From Candidatus Aminicenantes bacterium (GTDB taxonomy: Bacteria; Acidobacteriota; Aminicenantia; Aminicenantales; Aminicenantaceae): DNA of 64,000 bases. The notes below the pieces were generated by a model. It saw only the letters and a program-made list of their open reading frames with translations. It did not search any database and had not been told where the DNA came from. Positions 18,934-26,720 of this stretch are shown one piece after another. Where the stretch lies: the NCBI GenBank assembly GCA_011772495.1, contig WVZL01000016.1, positions 228,499-292,498 of the forward strand, written 5' to 3'. The position numbers and the translations under genes are program-made. Numbering within the stretch: position 1 is the first letter of the stretch; each line of letters begins with the position of its first letter.

Positions 18934-19950
18934 TTATCCTGATTTAATATTCTTAGCCAGGATTTTTTGGCGGCGTAGAGTCGTTCTGGCTTCTTGAATA
19001 AGATGTTTTTCCAGTTCAGGAATCGAGATTTGGCGAAATCCAGACTTTTGATACAATCCTTGGGCAGGTTTAGCATCTTCAAAAACGAGAAGCTTAATTT
19101 CTGAAGCACCGTGTTGGGCTGCTAACTCTGTAGCCATCTTTGTCAATTTCTCAGCGATTCCCATTCTTCGATAACGCCAATTCACCTTCATAACAAAGAT
19201 CCACCAGCCTGCGTAGGGAAAATTGCTTTCTGGAAATTTTGTGAGGTTTACACCTGCGATAACCTTATCTTTCCGTTTGGCTACAAGCCAAAATTCAGTA
19301 ACTCCGGATTTTCCTCCCTTCTTAAAAGAGCCATCCGTAATATCCTTCAACTCTGGTTCCTGATTGTACCTGTAAAGTCGGGAAAGCGCCTGAGCATCTT
19401 CGGGAACTGCGATTTGAAAACGGATTTTTTCTTTCCTTAATCTTTTGACTAAAGTGCTATAGATTTTAAGGCTCTGTATCTTCTCTGTAAGGCCACCCAA
19501 TAGTTTCCTTCCCTTGGACTTGACGACACTCCCGGCCGGATAAATCCACCGGTTGAAGGGAGCAATTCCCACAAAGAACAGACCTATTATATGATAGAGC
19601 TTGGTATCTATTCTTCTTATCCGCCCCTTCCTTTCGATGGCGACAACCTTGCCTAAAGCTTTTTGAATATCCACCCTTTCTGGGGGGCCAAAAGCGGCAT
19701 CTCCTTTAATGAGCAGGGTCATTCCCCCTTCTTTTTTTTGTTTTCCCATAACCCGGTGCACTATGACCTTGTTTTCGTCTGCCAAGTAGAATACCACCTC
19801 ACCTGTTTTAACAGAGGAGCTTTCAACTGGACTGACTGTTATAAAATCTCCATCCTGAATAAAGGGACGCATACTCCAGCCTTTGGCTTGAAAACGAACG
19901 GATTTTCGTTTTTTAAAGATATCTTTGGTTAATTCTAATAAGACTTCCAT
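18934..19950 (-). CDS. S24/S26-type serine peptidase fused to a GNAT N-acetyltransferase
   Basis: The N-terminal half has GWSMRPFIQDGD (Ser nucleophile motif), VHRV and LIKGDA (Lys general base region). A hydrophobic segment (IIGLFFVGIAPF) follows. The C-terminal half has GNAT motif A (WRYRRMGIAEKL...AQGLYQKSGF). Confidence 0.7.
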   Translation of the reverse strand: MEVLLELTKDIFKKRKSVRFQAKGWSMRPFIQDGDFITVSPVESSSVKTGEVVFYLADENKVIVHRVMGKQKKEGGMTLLIKGDAAFGPPERVDIQKALGKVVAIERKGRIRRIDTKLYHIIGLFFVGIAPFNRWIYPAGSVVKSKGRKLLGGLTEKIQSLKIYSTLVKRLRKEKIRFQIAVPEDAQALSRLYRYNQEPELKDITDGSFKKGGKSGVTEFWLVAKRKDKVIAGVNLTKFPESNFPYAGWWIFVMKVNWRYRRMGIAEKLTKMATELAAQHGASEIKLLVFEDAKPAQGLYQKSGFRQISIPELEKHLIQEARTTLRRQKILAKNIKSG

Positions 19951-19962
19951 ATTATCAATCTT

Positions 19963-21888
19963 CTAGATATTGCTGACAAAATCAACAGCGCTTTTATCAG
20001 CCTTGAAGCCTAATTCATAGCAAGGAATCTCGCGTGCTAACTCATCAATAAATTCAAGGGCAGATTCTATTCCCTTCTTATCCCAGAAAGTAAGAAAGGA
20101 ACAGACAATTAAACGGGAGGCAGCCTTTATTGGTTCGATCTTTCTCACACTATTCTTCTTGGCCTTCTTGAGAAAGAAAATCTTTCTTAAAGGCGCCTTT
20201 TCTGGTGAACACACCTTAATGTCCCCATGCCAAGGAGTTCCGTACATCCAAAATCGGCCCTTTACCTGACGAAGAATTATCCTGTCATCGCTGAGGATTT
20301 TGGTTCCTTCTTCATCTTTTCTCAAGCTGGCGATAGTGCTCTTTCCAGCGCCAGAGCTCCCGACAAAAAGTATCCCTTCTCCGTTATCATTAATACCGTA
20401 GCTATGAACGAGAAGACCTCCTCTTTGAGAGAGAAGGTTCATTATCAAGATCTCTCCTAAAGGATAGCCAAAAAAGTTTTCTAATCGCAGCTCTTTTGAC
20501 GCAGAGTAGAAGTCAACTTTCTTAAAATGACGATCAGAAACCATTACTGTCTCCAGTTTGTTCTGATCGCAAGAATAAGCAGTTTTGTTCCTACTCACTT
20601 GATAAAGCTTCCACGGGCCTTCGGAATCGAAGACCTTTCTTTTTTGCTTAAAATTAGGCCTGGAATCAGAATGAACCTCTATATCTATATCTGACCTTCT
20701 GGAACTAATGAATGATGAATAGGGATGATTGACCTGAATGGATTTATGAGAGGAAAAAGCCAAAGTCATATCACCGATAGTCAATTTTCCCTTTCCCTTT
20801 TGGAATTCCAGCTCTTTTTCCCATCCATACCTTTCCTTGGAAAAAGCTTTCAGCTTAGGTAAGGTACGAATATTCTTGTGGATTTGAATCTCTATCTGGC
20901 TGCTCAAAGGATACAGTCTTTCCTTTTTCAAGTCATTCAAGGAAGGAACCGGCCATCTCTGGAAAGGGTAATAATGGGTTAAAGAGAAGCGCCCCTCAAC
21001 ATCTTTATCTAAGCTGTATTCAAACAGGTTGTCTGGCTCAGAAATCTTTAAGTTTATCCAAGAGCCGGGTTGTTTTATGCCCTTATCTTGAATATAAACT
21101 ACAGCCTTGGGTCTTAACATTCTCTTTATCTGGGCCGTCGGGTCTAGGCGAAAGGGCATAAAGGAACTGACTGCAAGATCAATACTTCCTTGATGATTCG
21201 AGAGAAAAGAATCTGCATTATCTTTCAATAGGATTAAATTTTTATGCCTGAACTTTGTTCTTTCTATCAATCTCTCGTTGGGATCTATCCCGATAACCTT
21301 GACCCTCTCTGTCCTGGCTAAAAGATAGGCTAAGAATCCCTGTCCACAGCCGACATCCAAGATGGTCGGCACTCCTTTTCCCGAGTGCAGAAACTGAGCC
21401 AATCTGACAATCTTATCGATATCCATGCTCCTCGGTATCCACCAGGTTAAAGGTTTAGATTCGTCCCTAAAATCATCCAGGGAAATACTGGAAAAATCCT
21501 TGGTGTTCATATCGAAGAGCTCTTGATAGGACGAGGGAATTAGACCTGTACATCTGTTCCCTTCTTGGAAGATACAGGAATCACAATCAGGAAAGGAAGT
21601 GAATCTCTTTATCTTCTCATAATCTTTCCATCCTGGAAGGCAAAAGGGGAAGTCAGCATCTATACCTATCTTCATCATCTTGAGTCGGGATATGAAGTCT
21701 CTTAAGACCCTCCTGTTTTCCAAGGTCAGGTTAGACGGAGACCAGCTAATCTCCAGCTTAATCTTCTTGGGTTTTAAGAGTTCAAAGTCTGAGATGATTC
21801 TGGAGAGGGCTCCGGAAAGAAACCCGGAGGAATGAAAACGAAGAGAAATGTTTACTTCAAATATATTTTTTTTTAATATATCCTTCAA
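19963..21888 (-). CDS. Three-part protein: N-terminal Cys-rich region, class I SAM methyltransferase, C-terminal HPr kinase-like P-loop domain
   Basis: The N-terminal region (aa ~80-115) reads FPFCLPGW...PDCDSCIFQEGNRCTG. The methyltransferase motif I is ILDVGCGQGFLAYLLA...VIGIDPN. The C-terminal part reads GILFVGSSGAGKSTIA...ILSDDRI...GTPWHGD, like the HprK C-terminal domain. It uses a TTG start 31 nt after the stop of the small peptide gene. Confidence 0.65.
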   Translation of the reverse strand: MKDILKKNIFEVNISLRFHSSGFLSGALSRIISDFELLKPKKIKLEISWSPSNLTLENRRVLRDFISRLKMMKIGIDADFPFCLPGWKDYEKIKRFTSFPDCDSCIFQEGNRCTGLIPSSYQELFDMNTKDFSSISLDDFRDESKPLTWWIPRSMDIDKIVRLAQFLHSGKGVPTILDVGCGQGFLAYLLARTERVKVIGIDPNERLIERTKFRHKNLILLKDNADSFLSNHQGSIDLAVSSFMPFRLDPTAQIKRMLRPKAVVYIQDKGIKQPGSWINLKISEPDNLFEYSLDKDVEGRFSLTHYYPFQRWPVPSLNDLKKERLYPLSSQIEIQIHKNIRTLPKLKAFSKERYGWEKELEFQKGKGKLTIGDMTLAFSSHKSIQVNHPYSSFISSRRSDIDIEVHSDSRPNFKQKRKVFDSEGPWKLYQVSRNKTAYSCDQNKLETVMVSDRHFKKVDFYSASKELRLENFFGYPLGEILIMNLLSQRGGLLVHSYGINDNGEGILFVGSSGAGKSTIASLRKDEEGTKILSDDRIILRQVKGRFWMYGTPWHGDIKVCSPEKAPLRKIFFLKKAKKNSVRKIEPIKAASRLIVCSFLTFWDKKGIESALEFIDELAREIPCYELGFKADKSAVDFVSNI

Positions 21889-21919
21889 TCTGAGAAACCT
21901 TCTTAAGTATTCTCATCTA

Positions 21920-22078
21920 TTAACTTCCCGCAGCTGAACACTTGGTCCCATGGTATTTGCAGTCGACTGGCGGACCCACCCCACTCGCTCCTTCCATTTT
22001 ACAGCCGGAAAGAACCGCCTCCTGGGCTTTAAGTTTTACTGCTTTGATGTTAGGTTTGGAATACTTTTTCTTCTTCAT
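21920..22078 (-). CDS. Candidate RiPP precursor peptide, 52 aa: MKKKKYSKPNIKAVKLKAQEAVLSGCKMEGASGVGPPVDCKYHGTKCSAAGS
   Basis: I translated this by hand from the minus strand. It is missing from the ORF track, which lists nothing under 60 aa. AAGGAGGTG (22094-22086) lies 7 nt upstream of the ATG at 22078. The ORF overlaps the last 29 nt of the rSAM/SPASM gene in another frame. It has a Lys-rich leader with Y6-x-x-P9-x-I11, three Cys (26, 40, 47) and a C-terminal Ser. Confidence 0.6.
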   Translation of the reverse strand: MKKKKYSKPNIKAVKLKAQEAVLSGCKMEGASGVGPPVDCKYHGTKCSAAGS

Positions 22079-23183
22079 CTTTTTTCACCTCCTTATTTAT
22101 CCATTTCCCTAATTTATATCGCTTCTCTAATTCTCCAATTCTCAAATGAGTGACTTCACAGAGATATTCTGATGGAGTTTCGAAATCGCCGCCTTCTAGA
22201 TAAGACCAGCCAGGGCATTGGTTGCAGAAAGTAAAGAGTTCACAGCTCTGGCATCTATAATCCCCTTTCACTTTCTGGCTCCTCATTTCTGAGAATGTCT
22301 TCTGCCAACCCTCCCTAAAGCGTCCCTCCCGAAGGTTATAATAGGGGATTCTGGTAATAATGCAGAGGTGGAGGTTTCCAAAAGGATCGACTCTGAAGGT
22401 GTTCAAACCTGCCCTACAGGTAAAGACTCTATCAGAATCCGGTGGACCCCAGTATTTCTCGCAAAGCTCCTTGTAGCTGGGAAGCCTCCTCTCATCGGCA
22501 ATATCTAGATCTACCACTTCCCTGGGAGTAACTCTCAACTGGCAAGGTTCTTGGGAACCATCCAGCCTCGGATTAATCAAGCAATCGTGCCTGAACTCAA
22601 AGCCAAGCTGTTCTGCATATTCTTTAATCTGAAGGACTTCGGATATATTATCTTTAGTCACCAAGGTCTTCAATTTCAGCGGGAGATTCCTCTCTTTGCT
22701 CAGTTCCACTGCCTTAAAGACTCTCTCAAAAGAACCGCTAACTTCCCCGGTTACCTTTTCATAGGTCCCCTTTGTTATTCCGTATAAAGGGATTTCAACA
22801 GAAAAAGGACGCCATTCGGCTAAGAAATCTGCCATCTCTTCATCAAGCAAGACACCATTGGTGAAGAGAAAGATGAGCAATCCTTGCCTTTTAGCATAGA
22901 GATAGAGATCTTTAAAATCCTCTCTGATCAATGGCTCGCCGCCAGTGAAGCAGAGCCAGAAACATCCCTCTTTAGTTACTTCATCGATTATTCGATGGAT
23001 TTCTTCTGTAGAGAGTTCTTGGGCATGAGGGCCTTCTGTACAGTAACAGTGCTTACACTTAAGATTACATCTCCAGGTTATCTCTAACGAACCCAGCAAA
23101 GGTATGCGTTTATTAATGCCTTTCTCATGGAGTTTCTGGCTGAATTCGCCATAACTGATTTCTTGGATACAGGAAGAGCTCAT
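22050..23183 (-). CDS. Radical SAM / SPASM-domain peptide-modifying enzyme
   Basis: It has WRCNLKCKHCY (CxxxCxxC) and FTGGEPL. The SPASM Cys pattern is CRAGLNTFRVDPFGNLHLC ... CQSCELFTFCNQCPGW ... YLCEV. It starts directly after the PqqD stop. Confidence 0.9.
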   Translation of the reverse strand: MSSSCIQEISYGEFSQKLHEKGINKRIPLLGSLEITWRCNLKCKHCYCTEGPHAQELSTEEIHRIIDEVTKEGCFWLCFTGGEPLIREDFKDLYLYAKRQGLLIFLFTNGVLLDEEMADFLAEWRPFSVEIPLYGITKGTYEKVTGEVSGSFERVFKAVELSKERNLPLKLKTLVTKDNISEVLQIKEYAEQLGFEFRHDCLINPRLDGSQEPCQLRVTPREVVDLDIADERRLPSYKELCEKYWGPPDSDRVFTCRAGLNTFRVDPFGNLHLCIITRIPYYNLREGRFREGWQKTFSEMRSQKVKGDYRCQSCELFTFCNQCPGWSYLEGGDFETPSEYLCEVTHLRIGELEKRYKLGKWINKEVKKDEEEKVFQT

Positions 23184-23474
23184 CTATTTTCTCTCGATTA
23201 TCTCCCCTTTCTCTAACTTGGAGAGGAATTCTTTGACATCCTTTTCAGCTTGTTCAACAGTGACTTCGAACTCTTGGTAAATCCTCATTTGGATATCGCC
23301 GACACTTCTCTTGCCGTCAATGAGTTCCCAGATCCGGGCGGCGACCTCGTTCAGGGTGTAGATATTTTCCAGGTCGCCGACATTTTTCTTTATGGGAACT
23401 AAAACGTACTCATCAGCTATCTTTCTCGATACAATAGAATCACTTTTTTTATACACTTTATCGAGAAAATCCAT
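23184..23474 (-). CDS. PqqD-family peptide chaperone (RiPP recognition element)
   Basis: It is 96 aa and reads VSRKIADEYVLVP....IYTLNEVAARIWELIDGKRSVGDIQMRIYQEFEV..EQAEKDVKEFLSKLEKGEII, a typical PqqD/RRE sequence. AAGGAGGG lies 11 nt upstream of the ATG. Confidence 0.85.
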   Translation of the reverse strand: MDFLDKVYKKSDSIVSRKIADEYVLVPIKKNVGDLENIYTLNEVAARIWELIDGKRSVGDIQMRIYQEFEVTVEQAEKDVKEFLSKLEKGEIIERK

Positions 23475-23737
23475 CCTGACTTACGCCCTCCTTAGAAGCC
23501 TATTTCTGTATATAATATATAGAAAATGTGGGAAAAAGTAAACTCAGAGTGGGCCCCCCAAAAGTCTCGAGGCAAGAATACAAGATTTGTTATCTCTTGT
23601 AACTTATTGATTTTAAATGAGAAATACAAGGATTCTACGCTGGTCTCGATATTCATGATGACTTCATAACCTCTTTTAAAAATCATTTGACATTCTAAAA
23701 AGGAAGCCCTATGATTACGGCAAAGGAGGAAGGGAAT

Positions 23738-23932
23738 ATGATGAACAAAATCGTTGATGTATTCATTATACTGGCTGGTATTAGCCTAATTGTCGGAGTT
23801 ATATCCCGTCTTCTTTTAAAACCTTTTCCCTTCGGATTAGAAGCTCAAGCTTATCTTCAATTTGCCCATGGGATGCTATTATTTGCCATCGCTCTAGGAA
23901 TAAGGGAGCTACTAAAAACCAAAGGAAAATAA
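23738..23932 (+). CDS. Small two-TM membrane protein, hypothetical
   Basis: It begins MMNKIVDVFIILAGISLIVGVISRLLL...AHGMLLFAIALGI. AAAGGAGGAAGGG lies upstream of the MMNK start. It is transcribed divergently from the RiPP-like operon. Confidence 0.4.
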   Translation: MMNKIVDVFIILAGISLIVGVISRLLLKPFPFGLEAQAYLQFAHGMLLFAIALGIRELLKTKGK

Positions 23933-24063
23933 ACATACTCGGTTAGAAAAAGCTTGTTCTGTAAAGCTGCCTGAAATGAGGGCGCACGTCCTCATCCATT
24001 TATTCTCAGTAATAATTTCACAGAATCTTCAGCTGCCCAGAGATTACTGGTTTCAATGCTTGA

Positions 24064-25545
24064 TTACGGTGAACTTCTTTTTGCCTGGCTCTGAAACTTC
24101 ACAAATATCGGATTAGAAATTAATCTTCTTCCTTTCCTATCTCTTATATCCAGACGATAGTATATCTTCCTGCCGGGCTCAAAATATTCATCTTCAAAAT
24201 AGATGCTCAAAGGAGTTTCCCCTGTAAATGTATGGATTAATTGACCACTTCGGATCAATCTAATGCTTAGAGAATTCCCTTTTTCTAAACCAATAGTGGA
24301 AATATGAATTGTTATTATTGGGTATCTTTTCAAAGATATTTCTTCCCCCATGATTCCTTTCTGAGTGGAATCAGATGAGGAAATAGAAAAATGTTCAAGA
24401 ACAAGTCTTGGCAAGTCGACATTTCCTGCATAAGCATAAATTCTTCCTTTCTTTATTGCATTTAGAATATCCGTTTTTGTTCTGTTCTTTACCAGAAAAA
24501 TAGTTGGATATCTTCCCAATCTTGCCCCAGCAGCGCCTTCTTCATGAAATTCAGCGGTAGAAACTCCCCAGGCAGGCCTTACCCTCTGACCCAAGCAGTA
24601 TTCCAATAATACTCTATCCCAAATATCACCTGGCTCTGTCACCGTTATTCTTTCTCCATACAGCGCTGAAAAACCCGTATAATTTTTGGATTCTAATAAC
24701 ACCTGAGGATAAGGAGGTGTATCTCTAGATATTGGGCCTAATTGCCCTCGACCCGATCTTGTTTCAGGATGGTTCCAGAAGATCATCCCTCCTCTAGAAT
24801 TGACATAATCGATCAACAATTGGTACGGCGAAATTCCCTGATCGCCATGGTACTGGTTATAGGGAGAGCTTCTGAAAGGATGATTATTAACGAAAAGAAG
24901 CAATGTCAAAACAAGAATAAATATTCCAGAATATCTGACCAATCGCTTTCCTTTTAACATGTATAGAGCAAGTAAAAGGGGAATAAGCAAGAAAAAATAA
25001 GTCGCAGGAATGGAGGGAAGAATATACCTGGTGGAAAAACCATTATGAAGGATGGGCAATTCCATATAAACTCTTGGCTCTTCAAGGCCTACTATTAAGA
25101 GATGCCTTTCCCAATCACGCACAGTCAGGTTTCCACTCAAGTAGCTTCCTTTCCAGTAATAAAAAGGAGCCGACTCTGCTCCGGGAATCAATATCATGTC
25201 CGGATATTTTTTTTGGTTTGATTCAATCGCAGATAAGTAATTTTCTGATCCTCTTTCATTGATCGAAGGCTCTTCGACTCTTCTTTTCAAAATATTCTGA
25301 AAAGGACGAATTCCGTATTCGAGGACTTTCCGGTCATGGTCATTGATGAAAAGCACCTGAAATCCTCTCTTTTGGGCCAGCTTAAGGAGATATTCAATCG
25401 AGTGTGCTCCATCACTAAAATCACTACGGAGGCCGATGAGACCTGGTATTTGTATGAAGTCATCTTCAAGCGGGAAACTCTGGATAGACATCCCAAGGCT
25501 GAATATAATAGAAATTAAAATTATCTTATGAGTGCGACTTCTCAT
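24064..25545 (-). CDS. PHP-like domain protein with a signal peptide and central TM segments
   Basis: It contains SDGAHSIEYLLKLAQKRGFQVLFINDHD, which resembles the PHP phosphoesterase N-terminal block. The usual HxH before SDG reads LRSDF here. The central segment is hydrophobic (YFFLLIPLLLALYML...ILVLTLLLF). Confidence 0.5.
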   Translation of the reverse strand: MRSRTHKIILISIIFSLGMSIQSFPLEDDFIQIPGLIGLRSDFSDGAHSIEYLLKLAQKRGFQVLFINDHDRKVLEYGIRPFQNILKRRVEEPSINERGSENYLSAIESNQKKYPDMILIPGAESAPFYYWKGSYLSGNLTVRDWERHLLIVGLEEPRVYMELPILHNGFSTRYILPSIPATYFFLLIPLLLALYMLKGKRLVRYSGIFILVLTLLLFVNNHPFRSSPYNQYHGDQGISPYQLLIDYVNSRGGMIFWNHPETRSGRGQLGPISRDTPPYPQVLLESKNYTGFSALYGERITVTEPGDIWDRVLLEYCLGQRVRPAWGVSTAEFHEEGAAGARLGRYPTIFLVKNRTKTDILNAIKKGRIYAYAGNVDLPRLVLEHFSISSSDSTQKGIMGEEISLKRYPIITIHISTIGLEKGNSLSIRLIRSGQLIHTFTGETPLSIYFEDEYFEPGRKIYYRLDIRDRKGRRLISNPIFVKFQSQAKRSSP

Positions 25546-25907
25546 TCAAAATTGACAAAAGATATTAAAACTCTAAAATTACCATAATGAATCGATACTG
25601 GAATATAGACTTTCAGAAAGTATTTCAACACTCAATTATCTAAAAAATATAATAAAATTGAAAGTTATCTTTCATCCTCCTTTAGATTTTAGAAAGGGCT
25701 ATAAAATCAATATCCTGTAACTCTAATTTTATCAATAAGATAAATATAGTTTCTGTATTAATGAATCGAAAATCCACCCGAGAATGAGGAGAAAGAAAAC
25801 AACAAGACATTTTGACTATTAATTTGACATGTTCAGTATGTTTAGATATAGTTCTTCTAAATAAGCAGTTATGACCAAAAAGACAGAATGATTTAATCCA
25901 TAAAAGA

Positions 25908-26714
25908 GTGATGTATGAAAAATATTGGGATCTGAACGAGAAGCCCTTCGAAAACACGCCTGATCCACGCTTTATTTATTTCTCCCATGAGCATCTAGAG
26001 GCTATCAGCAGATTGACTTATGCCGTCGAGGAACGCAAAGGAGCAGCTTTACTGACCGGTGATTACGGCTGTGGAAAAACAGTCATGAGCAGGCTGCTCT
26101 TTGAGCGATTGCCCTCGGACAGACATGAAATAGGGCTGGTCACCAATCCTATATTAAGCCCGATCGCTCTATTGCGAGAAATCTGCTTTCAACTGGGCAT
26201 GAAAAATACGAAAGGATCCAACAAATCACAATTGCTGGCCAACCTCAACGAGCACCTCTACGAAAATCTGAACAACAACCAAGAAACGGTCATCATCATT
26301 GATGAGGCCCAAACTATAAAAAATCCTCTGGCTTTCGAAGAATTGAGACTGTTACTAAACTTTCAGTTAAATCAAAGATTTCTGATGACTCTTATCCTCA
26401 TTGGACAGCCAGAATTACGAGAAACCATAGACAAACTAAAACAGCTAAAACAAAGACTAGCCGTAAGGTATCATCTCAATCCTTTGAATAAGAAAGAAAC
26501 CGGAAAGTATATCATCCATAGACTGGAAATCGGGGGACTTAAAAGAAAAATCTTTACCGACAATAGTGTAAATTTAATTTGGGAAGGGTCTGGAGGAATT
26601 CCGCGAATGATAAACACAATATGTGACATGTGCCTACTGGTGGGTTACAATAATAGACTCCAAAAAATCAACGAGGTGGTTGTGAAAGATGTCATCCGAG
26701 ATTTAGGAGAATGA
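25908..26714 (+). CDS. ExeA/GspA/MshM-like AAA+ ATPase
   Basis: It starts YWDLNEKPFENTPDPRFIYFSHEHLEA. Walker A is GDYGCGKT, Walker B is IIIDEAQ, and LILIGQPEL is present. This layout is typical of ExeA-family proteins. Confidence 0.8.
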   Translation: MMYEKYWDLNEKPFENTPDPRFIYFSHEHLEAISRLTYAVEERKGAALLTGDYGCGKTVMSRLLFERLPSDRHEIGLVTNPILSPIALLREICFQLGMKNTKGSNKSQLLANLNEHLYENLNNNQETVIIIDEAQTIKNPLAFEELRLLLNFQLNQRFLMTLILIGQPELRETIDKLKQLKQRLAVRYHLNPLNKKETGKYIIHRLEIGGLKRKIFTDNSVNLIWEGSGGIPRMINTICDMCLLVGYNNRLQKINEVVVKDVIRDLGE

Positions 26715-26720
26715 TAGAAC

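Noticed and set aside
22050-23183. The rSAM/SPASM enzyme as an anaerobic sulfatase-maturating enzyme for the sulfatase-family genes in the window
   Set aside because: The sulfatase-family protein at 865-2775 lacks the C/S-x-P-x-R formylglycine motif (it reads T-L-P-S-M). The rSAM gene also abuts a PqqD gene and overlaps a Cys-containing small ORF, which points to peptide modification instead.
17661-23474. An ordinary lasso peptide cluster
   Set aside because: PqqD, the HprK-like kinase and NTP_transf_5 suggest a lasso cluster. However, I found no Asn-synthetase-like cyclase and no transglutaminase-like leader protease anywhere in the window. The operon is contiguous and bounded by unrelated genes on both sides.
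23492-23686. The 64-aa ORF immediately upstream of PqqD (aromatic-rich tail FWGAHSEFTFSHIFYILYTEIGF) as a second precursor
   Set aside because: It lies in the A/T-rich divergent promoter region and has no convincing SD. A plausible promoter for the operon (TTTACT-17-TATATT) sits inside it. It has no Cys and no leader-like motif. I cannot fully exclude it, so conservation should be checked.
23933-24063. A bidirectional terminator between the convergent small membrane protein gene and the PHP-like gene (ATGAGG...CCTCAT)
   Set aside because: The stem is only 6 bp and has no flanking T- or A-runs, which is too weak to call.
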